Shown here: piece after piece, positions 9,105 through 19,184 of the stretch
How positions within the stretch are numbered: the stretch's first letter is position 1
Layout: each line of letters begins with the position of its first letter
Source of the DNA: Spirochaetia bacterium
Lineage (GTDB): Bacteria > Spirochaetota > Spirochaetia > SP-2023
NCBI GenBank assembly: GCA_965263295.1
Contig: OZ253665.1
Coordinates: 1,152,001 to 1,216,000 of the forward strand
Length of the DNA: 64,000 nt
Direction of reading: 5' to 3'
Notes under the pieces: model-generated
The model's database searches: none
What the model saw: the letters and a program-made list of their open reading frames with translations, nothing else
What the model was told of the DNA's origin: nothing
Translations under genes and position numbers: made by a program

Positions 9105-10715
9105 TTAAAACTGGTAGTAAATAAAAGGGGCCACGCCTTCTGGCAGGACAACTTGGAGCAGGGCCACGCTGCAGGCAAAAACCAGAACCTGTGCGGCAAT
9201 GGGCAAGGCGTCAAGGGCCTTGGTCAACAACGTTGTGCCCTTGGGCAGGAAAATTTGCGGCAATAAACCCAAGACCATAGTAATTATGGCAATATTCGTG
9301 AGGCTTCCGGCATTGGAGAAGTCAAAACGGAGTAAAGTGGCAAAGTACTCGCCGGCGACACTGAAGTTAGGGGCGCGGAACAGTATCCAGGTCAGGGTGA
9401 CAAAGTGAAAGCAATAAAGCCAGCCGCCAATGCACATGAGTTTGGACATGAGTTTTGACCCCATAAGTCTTGGCCCCAATCGCTTTGTCGCATCGGAAGC
9501 TTGCCAGTACGGTGGAGCCAGGCGGCGCTGGCGCACAAAATTCTCAATACTGATCATTACCCCATGCAGGGCACCCCAGAGCAAAAAAGTCCACGAAGCC
9601 CCGTGCCATAGACCCCCCAGCGACATCGTCAACAAAGTATTGAGGTAACGGTTACCTTGCCGGCTACCGCCCAATGGGATATACAGGTAATCGCGCAGCC
9701 AAGTCGAAAGCGAGATATGCCAGCTGCGCCAGAACCCTTGCAGCGAGCTGCGAGCATATGGCCGGTCGAAATTCTCCATCAGGCGTATGCCGCAAAGTAA
9801 GCCCAGGCCAACGGCCATGTCGCTATAGGCACTAAAGTCGCAATAGATTACCACGCCGTAAGAATAGGCGGCCAATAGCAGCTCAAGACTTGAGTGGGCA
9901 GAAGGAACCAGAAAAATCGGGTCGACAAAGCTAGTGCTCAGAGTATTGGCGATAAATACTTTCTTGAATAAACCTATCAAAATCCGACTAAAGGCATCAC
10001 TAAGATAAATGTTTTGTGGGTTTGGCAGCCGCTGCAACTGCGGTAGAATGCTGCCAGCACGAACAATAGGGCCGGCGATCAACTGCGGAAAAAACGCAAT
10101 ATATAGACTATAATCAATATAGGACAAGCTCTGTGGTAGCTTACAGCGATAGATATCAATCAAGAAGCTAATATTTTGAAAAGTAAAAAATGAGATGCCC
10201 AACGGTAGGATAATCGTTACTTGGCTGAATACGAGAGGCAGATTGACGGCATTTAACAGTGTATTCAGATTCACCAAGAACCAGTTGATGTACTTGAAGA
10301 AGATCAAGACGGCCAAATTAAATCCAATGGCCAGGCCGATGACCCATCGAGCGAGTCTCTGCAGGCTTTGCGTACGTTTTTCTTCTTGGTTATTTTGTTC
10401 TCCGGCAGCGCGTCCAACACGAGATTCGCGTCGGGCCCCTAACTTTGCTTGCCCCGCACGATCCCGAGACCGATGGAGCCGCAGCAGAAATAGGGCGCAC
10501 ACGTAATTAAAAAGGCTGGAGCCAATTAACAAGGGTAAAAAACGCCAATCCCAAGTCCCATAAAACACATAACTAGCGGCCAGCAGGAGCAGCTTTCGCA
10601 AATGGTTGGCCAGCGGGCGACGGTGGCTCAGCAACAGGCTGGAGCTGGTACTGATCCAGTACAGCAAAAAGGTGACGATAAAAAAAATTGCGAAAGATAC
10701 AGTCGGGAAGAGCAT
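9105..10715 (-). CDS. MBOAT family O-acyltransferase (AlgI/PatA/DltB-like)
   Basis: LPLGISFFTFQ, FFPQLIAGPI, GLFKKVFIA, DFSAYSDMA, FWRSWHISLSTWLRDYLYIPLGG, GLWHGA, FIYYQF. Confidence 0.94.
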   Translation of the reverse strand: MLFPTVSFAIFFIVTFLLYWISTSSSLLLSHRRPLANHLRKLLLLAASYVFYGTWDWRFLPLLIGSSLFNYVCALFLLRLHRSRDRAGQAKLGARRESRVGRAAGEQNNQEEKRTQSLQRLARWVIGLAIGFNLAVLIFFKYINWFLVNLNTLLNAVNLPLVFSQVTIILPLGISFFTFQNISFLIDIYRCKLPQSLSYIDYSLYIAFFPQLIAGPIVRAGSILPQLQRLPNPQNIYLSDAFSRILIGLFKKVFIANTLSTSFVDPIFLVPSAHSSLELLLAAYSYGVVIYCDFSAYSDMAVGLGLLCGIRLMENFDRPYARSSLQGFWRSWHISLSTWLRDYLYIPLGGSRQGNRYLNTLLTMSLGGLWHGASWTFLLWGALHGVMISIENFVRQRRLAPPYWQASDATKRLGPRLMGSKLMSKLMCIGGWLYCFHFVTLTWILFRAPNFSVAGEYFATLLRFDFSNAGSLTNIAIITMVLGLLPQIFLPKGTTLLTKALDALPIAAQVLVFACSVALLQVVLPEGVAPFIYYQF

Positions 10716-10766
10716 AGTGTGGGAACGCTGGCCGGAAAACCTAAAATATTATGGCGACAGTTTGCA

Positions 10767-12113
10767 TCAACTGTGGTACAAACGGCTGATGCGGTGGCGC
10801 AGACGTTCGCCCAGCGCTTGCATATATTGGGTTGTCGGGAGCTGCAGTAGAAATAGAAAAACCCGAGTGCGCTTATCGCAGCCGTGTTCAACTTCGTGGG
10901 GCCGGCCCAGGCGCGAGATAAATATCTGCCAAATAAACATTTCCAAGATATTTAATCGCAGCCGGTAGAGGTCGCGCAGTTTCAATCTGTGCAAGGGTTG
11001 TACCACTTTTTTCAGTACGACACTAGTTTGCAAGCGCCGGCGCAGTAGAGACTCTGTCTCTTGAAAAAAATATTCCCAAAGCTTCAAGTCACTGAGGCGC
11101 AGGCTATAACAAAACGTATGAAGCAAGTCACGCAGCCATAAAAGTAAATAAAATTCGGCGCCTTGTCCCAGTTCTTGCCTGCCACTTGTCAAAACCCCGT
11201 CAACTGGTTCCAGGGCCTGCAATAAAAAATCCAATACTCTATCAGCTTGAGATAGCTTGGCCTGAATTTGCTTTTCGGCGGCAATGCCTGCAGTTTGATC
11301 TCGACGCCCCACGCTGTGCTCATAAGCAATGGTATCACAGAACAAAATATTGCAAGCCTGAATACAGGCCATCCAATGTAGGGGGGCATCTTCAAAAGAG
11401 TCCTCCCCTTCAGAAAATTCAATGCCATGCCGCAGCAGAAAATCGCGCCGGTAAAGCTTACGCCAGGGCAAAACACTCAGACCATGGAGCAAATAAAAGG
11501 CTTGAATACGGCTCCAAGCCTGAGTGATATCGCGGTGGCGCACGGCGGACCGTGTCTGGTCCAGGCGCACATAGCGTATTTTATGACGCTGGCGTTTGGC
11601 CTCCAATTTGGGGTGCAACAGCTGCTCCCAGGCCCAAGCGTCTGCATAACCGAGCTGGGGCTTATTTTTGTCCGAGTGGTAAAGTTGGTAGCCGATCAAG
11701 GCAATATCAATTTCTTCAAAAATTTCCGAGTGACGGTAAAGTTTCTCGATGAACTCAGGCCAATACCAGCCATCGCTATTCAAGAAGGCGACGTATTTGC
11801 CGCGAGCTTTCCGCAGCCCAATGTTGGATGGAATTCTGGCTTCGTCTGAATTATTTCCTTTCAAAGAAATTACTTGAATGCGCGAGTCACGCTCGGCAAA
11901 ACTTTGGGCAATTTGCAGAGAGCTGTCAGAGGAAGCCGCATCCACCAGTATCATTTCCCAGTCGGCAAAGCTCTGATCCAAAACCGACTGAAGGCTTTTT
12001 TCCAGAGATTTTTCAGCATTATAGATCGGGACAATGACGGAAACAGCCACTGTCTTACTCTGTATTCTTGAAGGATTCACAGCCTTTTCTGCCGTTTCGC
12101 TCACCTTGCTCAT
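10767..12113 (-). CDS. Glycosyltransferase family 2 protein
   Basis: VSVIVPIYNAEK, SVLDQSF, NIGLRKARGKYVAFLNSD, WRKLYRRDFL, FEDAP. Confidence 0.88.
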   Translation of the reverse strand: MSKVSETAEKAVNPSRIQSKTVAVSVIVPIYNAEKSLEKSLQSVLDQSFADWEMILVDAASSDSSLQIAQSFAERDSRIQVISLKGNNSDEARIPSNIGLRKARGKYVAFLNSDGWYWPEFIEKLYRHSEIFEEIDIALIGYQLYHSDKNKPQLGYADAWAWEQLLHPKLEAKRQRHKIRYVRLDQTRSAVRHRDITQAWSRIQAFYLLHGLSVLPWRKLYRRDFLLRHGIEFSEGEDSFEDAPLHWMACIQACNILFCDTIAYEHSVGRRDQTAGIAAEKQIQAKLSQADRVLDFLLQALEPVDGVLTSGRQELGQGAEFYLLLWLRDLLHTFCYSLRLSDLKLWEYFFQETESLLRRRLQTSVVLKKVVQPLHRLKLRDLYRLRLNILEMFIWQIFISRLGRPHEVEHGCDKRTRVFLFLLQLPTTQYMQALGERLRHRISRLYHS

Positions 12114-12492
12114 AGCGGCAGCATCATACAGAAAAAAGCGCTCTTGCGAAAGCTAGGAGCAGCAGGGCCAGACTTTGCGCTCAATTTGACACACCTGCCG
12201 GTTATAATATCGGCCGCGCCGATTACTTGATCCGTAACTCCAAGAATTTGCCGAATATTTTCCGTATTCCATCGCCCGGCCAAGTACTAGCCGGCAAAAG
12301 CCAGTCTATTTAAAGTCCATTTGCGGGAATAAAAGTGGGCGAGTCGGCCTAATTGGTTTCCAATGCTGGCTTATGGAAAATTTAAATCCACCAGCCATAA
12401 ACGCTGCCCTCACTTTGCGGCCAATGAACCGAATTACGCCTAAAAATCTGTTTTTGCCGGACAAACCCAGAGCTGCCAATTCCCATAAATTA

Positions 12493-13764
12493 TTATAGCG
12501 GCTCAATGACTGCCCCGCCAATGTCACGACGTATTTGCATGCCGCGAAAGGCATGGACTCGCAAGCGATCGTAGGCCTGTTGGCGGGCACGTTGCAGGTC
12601 GGGGGCTGTGGCGTTCTGCACCAGTACGCGGCCTCCCGCCGTGTAAAACGAACTATTTTTATATGAGACGCCGGCCAGATAAACCCCTTCGGTTTGGGGC
12701 TCAGCTGCCGACAGGCTGGCTATCTCATCGCCCGCACGCGGGCTCTGCGGGTAGCCTGCCGCCGCGGCCACCACACTGCAGCTACAAGCGCTGCGCCAGC
12801 GAATTTCCTGTTCGGCCAGACGGCCCATTAGAGATGCCTGCAGAATTTCCAGTAACGGTGTTTCCAGCAGCGGCAAGACGGTTTGGGCTTCAGGGTCGCC
12901 CAAGCGCATATTATACTCCAATAAATGGCACTGGCCGTTTTGGATTAGTAGGCCAAAGAAAATGATGCCGCAAAAATCCCAGCCGCGATCCTGCAAGCCC
13001 TTCAACGTCGGTGCCATAACGTGTCGTTCAAAATCTTGCCACAGGGGACTGTCCTGTGTGAGTTTTGGGTGTGGTGCAATGCAGCCCATGCCGCCAGTGT
13101 TGGCGCCACGCTCACCTTCAAAGATCTTCTTGTGGTCCTGAGCTGCCAGCATCGGGCGAATGCAGCTGCCATCGCAAAAGGCCAAAACTGAGGCCTCGTA
13201 GCCCTCCAAGTACTCCTCAATGACTACAGTTGCGCCGGCTTCCTGAAAAATTCTATCGCGCATTAGATTGTGGATACCCTGCTGTGCCGCTGCGCGGTTT
13301 TCGCAGATTAGTACGCCTTTGCCTCCAGCCAGGCCATCCGCCTTTAGCACTGTCGGGAATTGTTCAAGATTTTGCACGTAATTCAAAGCACTTTCCATAT
13401 CTGTAAACACTTCGCAAGCGGCTGTGCGCACATCGTATTGCCCCATGAAATCCTTGGCGAAAGCCTTGCTGCCTTCAAGCCGCGCGACAGCTTGCGGCGG
13501 CCCAAAAACGGTGATGCCTGCGGCTTCCAATTCATCGACCAAGCCGGCAACGAGGGGGGCCTCCGGCCCCACAATGACTAGATCGACGGCTTCCTGCCGG
13601 GCCACCTGCAGCGGCTCCCCCAAGGCCAGCCGAGCTTGGGACAAGAGTTGGGGGATGGCACATTCCTCGCAAAACAGGATATCTGCCTGCGGTTGGTCTC
13701 TTGCAATACTTTGCGCAATGGCGTGCTCGCGGCCACCGCCGCCGACAATCAAAATCTTTTTCAC
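12493..13764 (-). CDS. purD: Phosphoribosylamine--glycine ligase
   Basis: GGGGREHAI, VGPEAPLVAG, LEGSKAFAK, KADGLAGGKGV, NTGGMG, EYNMRLGDPE, GGRVL. Confidence 0.97.
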   Translation of the reverse strand: MKKILIVGGGGREHAIAQSIARDQPQADILFCEECAIPQLLSQARLALGEPLQVARQEAVDLVIVGPEAPLVAGLVDELEAAGITVFGPPQAVARLEGSKAFAKDFMGQYDVRTAACEVFTDMESALNYVQNLEQFPTVLKADGLAGGKGVLICENRAAAQQGIHNLMRDRIFQEAGATVVIEEYLEGYEASVLAFCDGSCIRPMLAAQDHKKIFEGERGANTGGMGCIAPHPKLTQDSPLWQDFERHVMAPTLKGLQDRGWDFCGIIFFGLLIQNGQCHLLEYNMRLGDPEAQTVLPLLETPLLEILQASLMGRLAEQEIRWRSACSCSVVAAAAGYPQSPRAGDEIASLSAAEPQTEGVYLAGVSYKNSSFYTAGGRVLVQNATAPDLQRARQQAYDRLRVHAFRGMQIRRDIGGAVIEPL

Positions 13765-14441
13765 GGCAGATTTCCTTTAGAAATGGCAAATTTGTTACAA
13801 TCTTCGTCATCTGGCCTCACCGTGCCGCCCTGTGCTCGGCGCGCAAATTCTCGGAGATATTCAAGCAGTAGTTGTCTTTCAAGATTTTGTACCGCGGTGG
13901 CAATTGCCTCTGCCGTCTGGCAGTTGCGAATGTCGACCTCGCGCTGGGCCAGTATCGGGCCGCCATCCAGTACTGCGCCGACCCGGTGCAGGGTGCAGCC
14001 CGTCACACTTTCACCTTGTCGCAACACCGCGCGGTGCACATGGATTCCGTGCATGCCCATGCCGCCAAACTTAGGTAGCAGCGAGGGATGCATATTCCAA
14101 ATGCGACCGCGGCGGGCTAGTTCTGTGGCCAAGGCCCTGGGTCCAATTACAGAAAGGTAGCCGGCGAGCAAGACCAGTTCACAGCCATGTCCTCTGTGCA
14201 GCCCTTCTAGTTCTGTCGCCAGAGCTGCGTCCAGGCCGGCTTTCCCCAGGGCTTTGCGGCTCAGTAACTGAGTCGGCAGGCTTTGAATGGCGGCGCGTTC
14301 CAAAGCCCGGCAGCTGCGGTCGGCCAGTACGGCAATGACCTGTGCCGGCAAGCGGCCTTGCCGGATGGCATCCAGAATAAATTGCAAGGTGCTGCCGCCG
14401 CCAGAAGCCAGCACCGCCAGTTTTAAGATTTTCTCACTCAT
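13761..14441 (-). CDS. purN: Phosphoribosylglycinamide formyltransferase
   Basis: LASGGGSTLQ, LAGYL, NMHPSLLPKFGG, GCTLHRV, LDGGPILAQ; 4-bp overlaps with both neighbours. Confidence 0.96.
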   Translation of the reverse strand: MSEKILKLAVLASGGGSTLQFILDAIRQGRLPAQVIAVLADRSCRALERAAIQSLPTQLLSRKALGKAGLDAALATELEGLHRGHGCELVLLAGYLSVIGPRALATELARRGRIWNMHPSLLPKFGGMGMHGIHVHRAVLRQGESVTGCTLHRVGAVLDGGPILAQREVDIRNCQTAEAIATAVQNLERQLLLEYLREFARRAQGGTVRPDDEDCNKFAISKGNLP

Positions 14442-15571
14442 ATTAACTGAACCTGCGGTCTTTCGGGATTATCGTTGCTGCAGACGCGGCCGATGACACG
14501 GGCCCAGACACCTTCATCGCCAGAGTTCAACTGCTGACCCCAGCCGCCATGCTGCCGGCAAAGTTGCAAAATGCCTGCGCTGGCATCTTCTGCGACAATG
14601 ATGGCAAACCCTAAACCCATGTTAAAAGTGTGCCACATTTCTTCATCGCCAATCAGGGGGGGCTCGTCAGTCCGTTGCGGACAAAGGTAGCGGCCGGGGT
14701 CCTGCACAAATGAGAAAATTTCGGGGCGGTCAATCAGTTTTCGTTCAATCTCGGCACATTGGCCCAAGCCCAGCGCCCTGGGCAAGTTTTCATAGATACC
14801 GCCGCCGCTGATATGGGCCATGGCGTGAATCTGTTCGCCCCACGGGGAATCCAGTAGCGCGCCGACAAGTTCGGCATAAATAGTGGTGGGCCGCAGCAGC
14901 AGTTCTCGCAGGTTCTTTTTGCCGCTCTCGCCGGCGATTAAAGGCTTGCCGTAGTCAATCGGCCCGTAAAGCCGCCGGGCCTCGGCAAGGACTTTGCGCA
15001 CCAGGGAAAACCCATTTGAATGCAGGCCGTTACTGGCGAGTCCAATGATGACATCGCCGACTTGGGAGCGCTCGCGGCCGCGAATTTGGCTGCGTTCGAC
15101 GACGCCCAGGCAGAAACCGGCGATGTCGTAAAGCCCGTCTTTGTAAAACCCCGGCATTTCGGCAGTCTCCCCACCGAGGAGCGGTATATCTATGCGGCTA
15201 CAGGCCCGCGAAATACCTTGAACCAGTTTGCTGGCGATCTCTACATCCAGATGGTCACAGGCCAGATAATCCAGGAAAAACAACGGCTGGGCACCGGCAC
15301 AGAGAATGTCGTTGACACACATAGCCACGCAGTCTTGGCCCACGCTGTCGTATATGCCAAAATCGAAGGCCAGCTTCAACTTAGTGCCGATGCCATCTGC
15401 CCCGCTAACTAAAACAGGCTCCCGATAGCCATGAAGGGCGTAAAGTGAGGCAAATCCACCGACCCCCCCCAGGATGTTCGGCTGTTTGGACGTTTTCCGC
15501 GCGTTCTCCTGAATGTGGCGAACCAGTTCGTAGCCACGCTCTTTGCCGACCCCACTATCCCTGTAGTTCAT
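14438..15571 (-). CDS. purM: Phosphoribosylformylglycinamidine cyclo-ligase
   Basis: DGIGTKL, DCVAMCVND, GGETAEMPG, GLHSNGFSLVRK, AHISGGG, TFNMGLG. Confidence 0.97.
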   Translation of the reverse strand: MNYRDSGVGKERGYELVRHIQENARKTSKQPNILGGVGGFASLYALHGYREPVLVSGADGIGTKLKLAFDFGIYDSVGQDCVAMCVNDILCAGAQPLFFLDYLACDHLDVEIASKLVQGISRACSRIDIPLLGGETAEMPGFYKDGLYDIAGFCLGVVERSQIRGRERSQVGDVIIGLASNGLHSNGFSLVRKVLAEARRLYGPIDYGKPLIAGESGKKNLRELLLRPTTIYAELVGALLDSPWGEQIHAMAHISGGGIYENLPRALGLGQCAEIERKLIDRPEIFSFVQDPGRYLCPQRTDEPPLIGDEEMWHTFNMGLGFAIIVAEDASAGILQLCRQHGGWGQQLNSGDEGVWARVIGRVCSNDNPERPQVQLI

Positions 15572-15676
15572 TTTAGATCTCCATCATGTCCCAAACTTGA
15601 AGCGGCCTCAACCAGTAAGCATTTTGGGCTGCCATAATTCGCGGCGATTAGGGCTACGAATATCATGTCTTATTAA

Positions 15677-15748
15677 CGGATTCATTCCCCCCGGATTTAT
15701 TTTACCAGATTCATTTTACCGGGTTCATTTCGCCGGGTTCATTTATCC
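15677..15748. repeat. Degenerate ~14-bp tandem repeat, about 5 copies (consensus GG(A/G)TTCATTTNNCC)
   Basis: ggattcattcccccc / ggatttattttacca / gattcattttacc / gggttcatttcgcc / gggttcatttatcc in the purF-purM spacer. Confidence 0.7.
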
Positions 15749-17376
15749 GCAACAGAAAATAGAGCTGAAGCGACCGGGCCTGTCGTCTGCTGTGGTAACT
15801 TGGCAGGACTCAGCGGCTGGTAGGATTTTTTTTCATCATCGTAGTAGCCCCCCGCATATCTGCCCGTAAAGCAACCCGTACAGAGTTTCTCACCGCGCCC
15901 AGTCGACAGGGTCAGGTTCTCCAAACTGAGAAAATCCAGGCTTTCGACATTAATCTCGCGGCGCAGTTTTTCCCGATCTTTCTGATAGGCCAGTAGTTCT
16001 TCCCGCGTCGGGAAGTCGATACCGTAAAAACAGGGATACGTTACCATGGGTGACGCCAGGCGAAAATGCACTTCGCGGGCTCCAGCGTTGCGCAATTCCT
16101 GCACCAAAAGTTGCGAAGTATTGCCCCGGACCAAAGAATCATCGATGACCAACACAGACTTACCAGCCACCAAATGCTTGACGACATTGAACTTGACCCT
16201 GACGACGGCGCGACGTTCGGCGTCATCCGGTTGAATGAAGCTGCGGGCGACATAGCTGTTTTTGACAATGCCGACACGCAGGGGCAGGCCGCAGGCCTCG
16301 GCGTAGCCGATGGCCGCCACCAGCCCACTGTCGGGCACACCGACCACGATCTCGGCGCCACAGGGCGTGCCGTTTTGTTTTACCTCTTGTTCGTAAAGTA
16401 ATTGTCCCGCGCGGTAGCGCGTGTCGTGAACACTGGTTCCTTCCAAGTATGAGTCACTGCGGGCAAAATAAATAAATTCAAATGCACACATTGAGGGCCT
16501 TCCCTGGGAGACCCTGCCAAGGCTATACAGACCATCGTTGTCGACAATCAGGCTTTCGCCGGGTTCGACGTCACGGAAATACGGCACACCGATTGCGTCC
16601 AGGGCACACGTTTCCGAGGCCAGAACGTGCAATAAACGGCCATCTGAGTTGCGCTTGCGCCCCACGACCAACGGGCGAATACCCAGTACATCTCGTGTGG
16701 CTAGCAATTTATCGTCTAAGGCCATGACAATGGAATAGGCTCCCTGCGCTCGTCTCTGGGTTTTGAGCAGGGCATATTCCAGCAGAGGATAAGGGGTCTT
16801 GGGTCTCGCATTCAGGCTTTTGAGTAGCTCCGTGACGTCCAGCCGTGGTTCGCGGGCATAGTAGATGAACAGCTTGAGAAACACTTCCGTATCGCTGGAC
16901 GATACAAAGCCCAAACCCTTTTTTTGGAGTAGCCGTTGCATCTCGGCCGTGTTGGTTAGGTTACCGTTGTGAGCCAGGGCCACATTACCGTGCATTGAAC
17001 GATACTCAATGGGCTGGATGTTTTCCAGGCTGGACTCCCCGGTAGTGGCGTAGCGCACATGGGCTACGCCCACATTCCCGCGCAAGCGGACCAAGTCTCG
17101 TTCGTGAAAATTTTCGCTGAGCAAGCCAGGGCTGCGGTGACGACGACTTTTACCACTAGCCGAGTCATAGACACTGATACCGGCACTCTCCTGGCCGCGA
17201 TGCTGCAGGGAAAACAGGCTGTAATAAAGCAGCGGAGTTATATCTTCGGTTTTTGCATTGCTATGGATGCCAACAATACCACATTTTTCCCGCAATTGGG
17301 GGCTATGACGAGCACTTGGGTCAGTATTTGGACAAGTATTGGGGATCAGGCAGCCAGACATGTTCCGAATTTTCAA
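15739..17376 (-). CDS. purF: Amidophosphoribosyltransferase (Fe-S, propeptide type)
   Basis: EKCGIVG, LQHRGQESAG, AHVRYAT, AHNGNL, CAFEFIYFAR, IDDSLVRGNT, PCFYGID, CTGCF. Exact start uncertain. Confidence 0.97.
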   Translation of the reverse strand: MKIRNMSGCLIPNTCPNTDPSARHSPQLREKCGIVGIHSNAKTEDITPLLYYSLFSLQHRGQESAGISVYDSASGKSRRHRSPGLLSENFHERDLVRLRGNVGVAHVRYATTGESSLENIQPIEYRSMHGNVALAHNGNLTNTAEMQRLLQKKGLGFVSSSDTEVFLKLFIYYAREPRLDVTELLKSLNARPKTPYPLLEYALLKTQRRAQGAYSIVMALDDKLLATRDVLGIRPLVVGRKRNSDGRLLHVLASETCALDAIGVPYFRDVEPGESLIVDNDGLYSLGRVSQGRPSMCAFEFIYFARSDSYLEGTSVHDTRYRAGQLLYEQEVKQNGTPCGAEIVVGVPDSGLVAAIGYAEACGLPLRVGIVKNSYVARSFIQPDDAERRAVVRVKFNVVKHLVAGKSVLVIDDSLVRGNTSQLLVQELRNAGAREVHFRLASPMVTYPCFYGIDFPTREELLAYQKDREKLRREINVESLDFLSLENLTLSTGRGEKLCTGCFTGRYAGGYYDDEKKSYQPLSPAKLPQQTTGPVASALFSVADK

Positions 17377-18087
17377 TTACAGCGTGTTTTTTATCCGCTC
17401 CAGGACTTTCTGATAGGCCTCTTCAATACCACCCAAGTCACGGCGAAAACGGTCTTTGTCCATCTTCTCGCCCGTGTTTTTATCCCACAGACGGCAAGTA
17501 TCTGGACTGATTTCATCGGCCAGCAAGATCTGGCCATTTTTATCTTTGCCAAACTCAAGCTTGCAATCCACCAATGTCAGGCCCATGTTGTCAAAAATCT
17601 GGCTCAGGAGAACATTTATGCGGCGGGCCGTGCGTTCAATCTCGTTCAGTTCATTGTAGGTGCTGAGCCTGAGGGCTACGGCGTGATGTTCATTGATTAA
17701 CGGATCTCCCAGATCGTCATTCTTGTAGCAAAGTTCATAAATCAGGTTCAATGGCCGGGTCCCTTCTTCAATGTTGAGGCGTCGGGACATGGAACCCGCA
17801 ATCAAGTTGCGCATAATCACTTCCACAGGAATGATATCCACGCGATGACACAACTGCTCGCGCTCACTCTGCTTACGGATAAGATGGGTGGCGATGCCGC
17901 AGTTGTCCAGGAACTGGTAGAGTAGCAAGCTCATATTGTTGTTGACCTCACCTTTACCCAGGATACTGCCTTTTTTGGCACCGTTATCGGCTGTGGCATC
18001 ATCTTTATAGTAAATTAAAACTTGCTCCGGATCTTCCGTGCTGTAAATTTTTTTAGCCTTACCTTCGTAGATTAGATCTTTTTTCAT
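17377..18087 (-). CDS. purC: SAICAR synthetase
   Basis: YEGKAKKIY, YKDDATA, KLEFG, LLADEISPDTCRLWD, DKDRFRRDLG. Confidence 0.98.
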   Translation of the reverse strand: MKKDLIYEGKAKKIYSTEDPEQVLIYYKDDATADNGAKKGSILGKGEVNNNMSLLLYQFLDNCGIATHLIRKQSEREQLCHRVDIIPVEVIMRNLIAGSMSRRLNIEEGTRPLNLIYELCYKNDDLGDPLINEHHAVALRLSTYNELNEIERTARRINVLLSQIFDNMGLTLVDCKLEFGKDKNGQILLADEISPDTCRLWDKNTGEKMDKDRFRRDLGGIEEAYQKVLERIKNTL

Positions 18088-18142
18088 CGATCAGGTTCTC
18101 CTCGTTTGAATTCTAGAAACAGACAATCCGTAGATCATGAAA

Positions 18143-18628
18143 TTATAAATCTTGAAAAGGGTCACCCTGGTTCTGCTCTAAGTAATTTTTTTTCATTTCG
18201 TGGCGAAATTGCCGCAGTTTCTGTTTGACTTCGGGGTATTTCAGGGCAAGAATTTCTACTGCCAACATGGCAGCATTGTAGGCGTTGCCGATGCCCACAG
18301 TAGCCACAGGTATGGGTTTGGGCATCTGGATCATCGAGTAGAGCGAGTCCAGGCCATCAATCGCATCGGGCATAGGCACACCGATAACGGGCAGTGTGGT
18401 ATGGGCGGCGATTACGCCTGGAAGATGGGCAGCCAGCCCGGCAGCGGCAATAATACACTCCGTACCATTGACTTCGGTATTTTTTAAAGTCTCTACTAAC
18501 ACTTCCGGCACTCGATGGGCCGACAGAATATAGGCATCATGAGAGATCCCAAATTCAGCTAGACAGTCGACGGCAGGTTTAAGGCTGGCAGCATTATTTT
18601 TACTGCCCATGAAAATAGCAATCTTCAT
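18143..18628 (-). CDS. purE: N5-CAIR mutase / AIR carboxylase
   Basis: SAHRVP, AGLAAHLPGVIAA, LPVIGVP, QMPKPIPVATV, NAAMLA. GGAG precedes ATG 18628. Confidence 0.96.
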   Translation of the reverse strand: MKIAIFMGSKNNAASLKPAVDCLAEFGISHDAYILSAHRVPEVLVETLKNTEVNGTECIIAAAGLAAHLPGVIAAHTTLPVIGVPMPDAIDGLDSLYSMIQMPKPIPVATVGIGNAYNAAMLAVEILALKYPEVKQKLRQFRHEMKKNYLEQNQGDPFQDL

Positions 18629-19184
18629 ATATGCTTCTCCAGACATATGTATTGGCTCTCTGCCCGTCCATCACTCTGAGCCCCACGCCGAGGGAAGATT
18701 AGGAACATTACAGACTAGGAAAACCGATTGGCATACGCAATCAATATACTGTTTATGCTTAAAAAAAGAAAGCCCTGTAACAGTGTGACCGTTCGAGAAT
18801 TGGAACTCTTGAAGTATTTTTATCCAATAATCAAGTGGGAGATAAATAAATCGCATTAGCTATCAATATTCTTGTCTAATACACTATCTTTGTCTACCGA
18901 CTCGCAAATTGCAGAAGACATATGAATCAACGGACAAAAATATGATACTTGGCCAAGCCTGTACAAGATCTTGCTTACAGATTGTGAAGTCATTAACATT
19001 GGCCCACTTATCTCTCAGAAAGTCTGCGGGACAATACTTCATATAATACCATCTTTAACTCGTTCCAGAATTCTGAGTCGTTCTGCAGAACTACCGGCCG
19101 GCTTAAGCCACACTTTCCCGCCGACAACAGAGGGCAAAGTTTCAAATGCAATTTAATACCTTGTGAAGGAATAAAATCCAAACC

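Noticed and set aside
11760..11800. GT2 inactivated because DxD reads NSD
   Set aside because: LNSD variants occur in functional GT2 enzymes; not enough evidence for loss of function.
12114..12492. Small RNA or promoter in the GT2-purD spacer (TTGACA...TATAAT at about 12186-12208)
   Set aside because: The spacing is only 11 bp and no recognisable RNA structure or gene follows.
15677..15748. CRISPR array (also considered at 44791 and 46600)
   Set aside because: Units are 14-15 bp, directly adjacent with no spacers, and there are no cas genes.
18647..19184. Purine/ZTP riboswitch or PurR box upstream of purE
   Set aside because: No aptamer consensus recognisable; a CGAAC core near 18790 has several mismatches to the PurBox.
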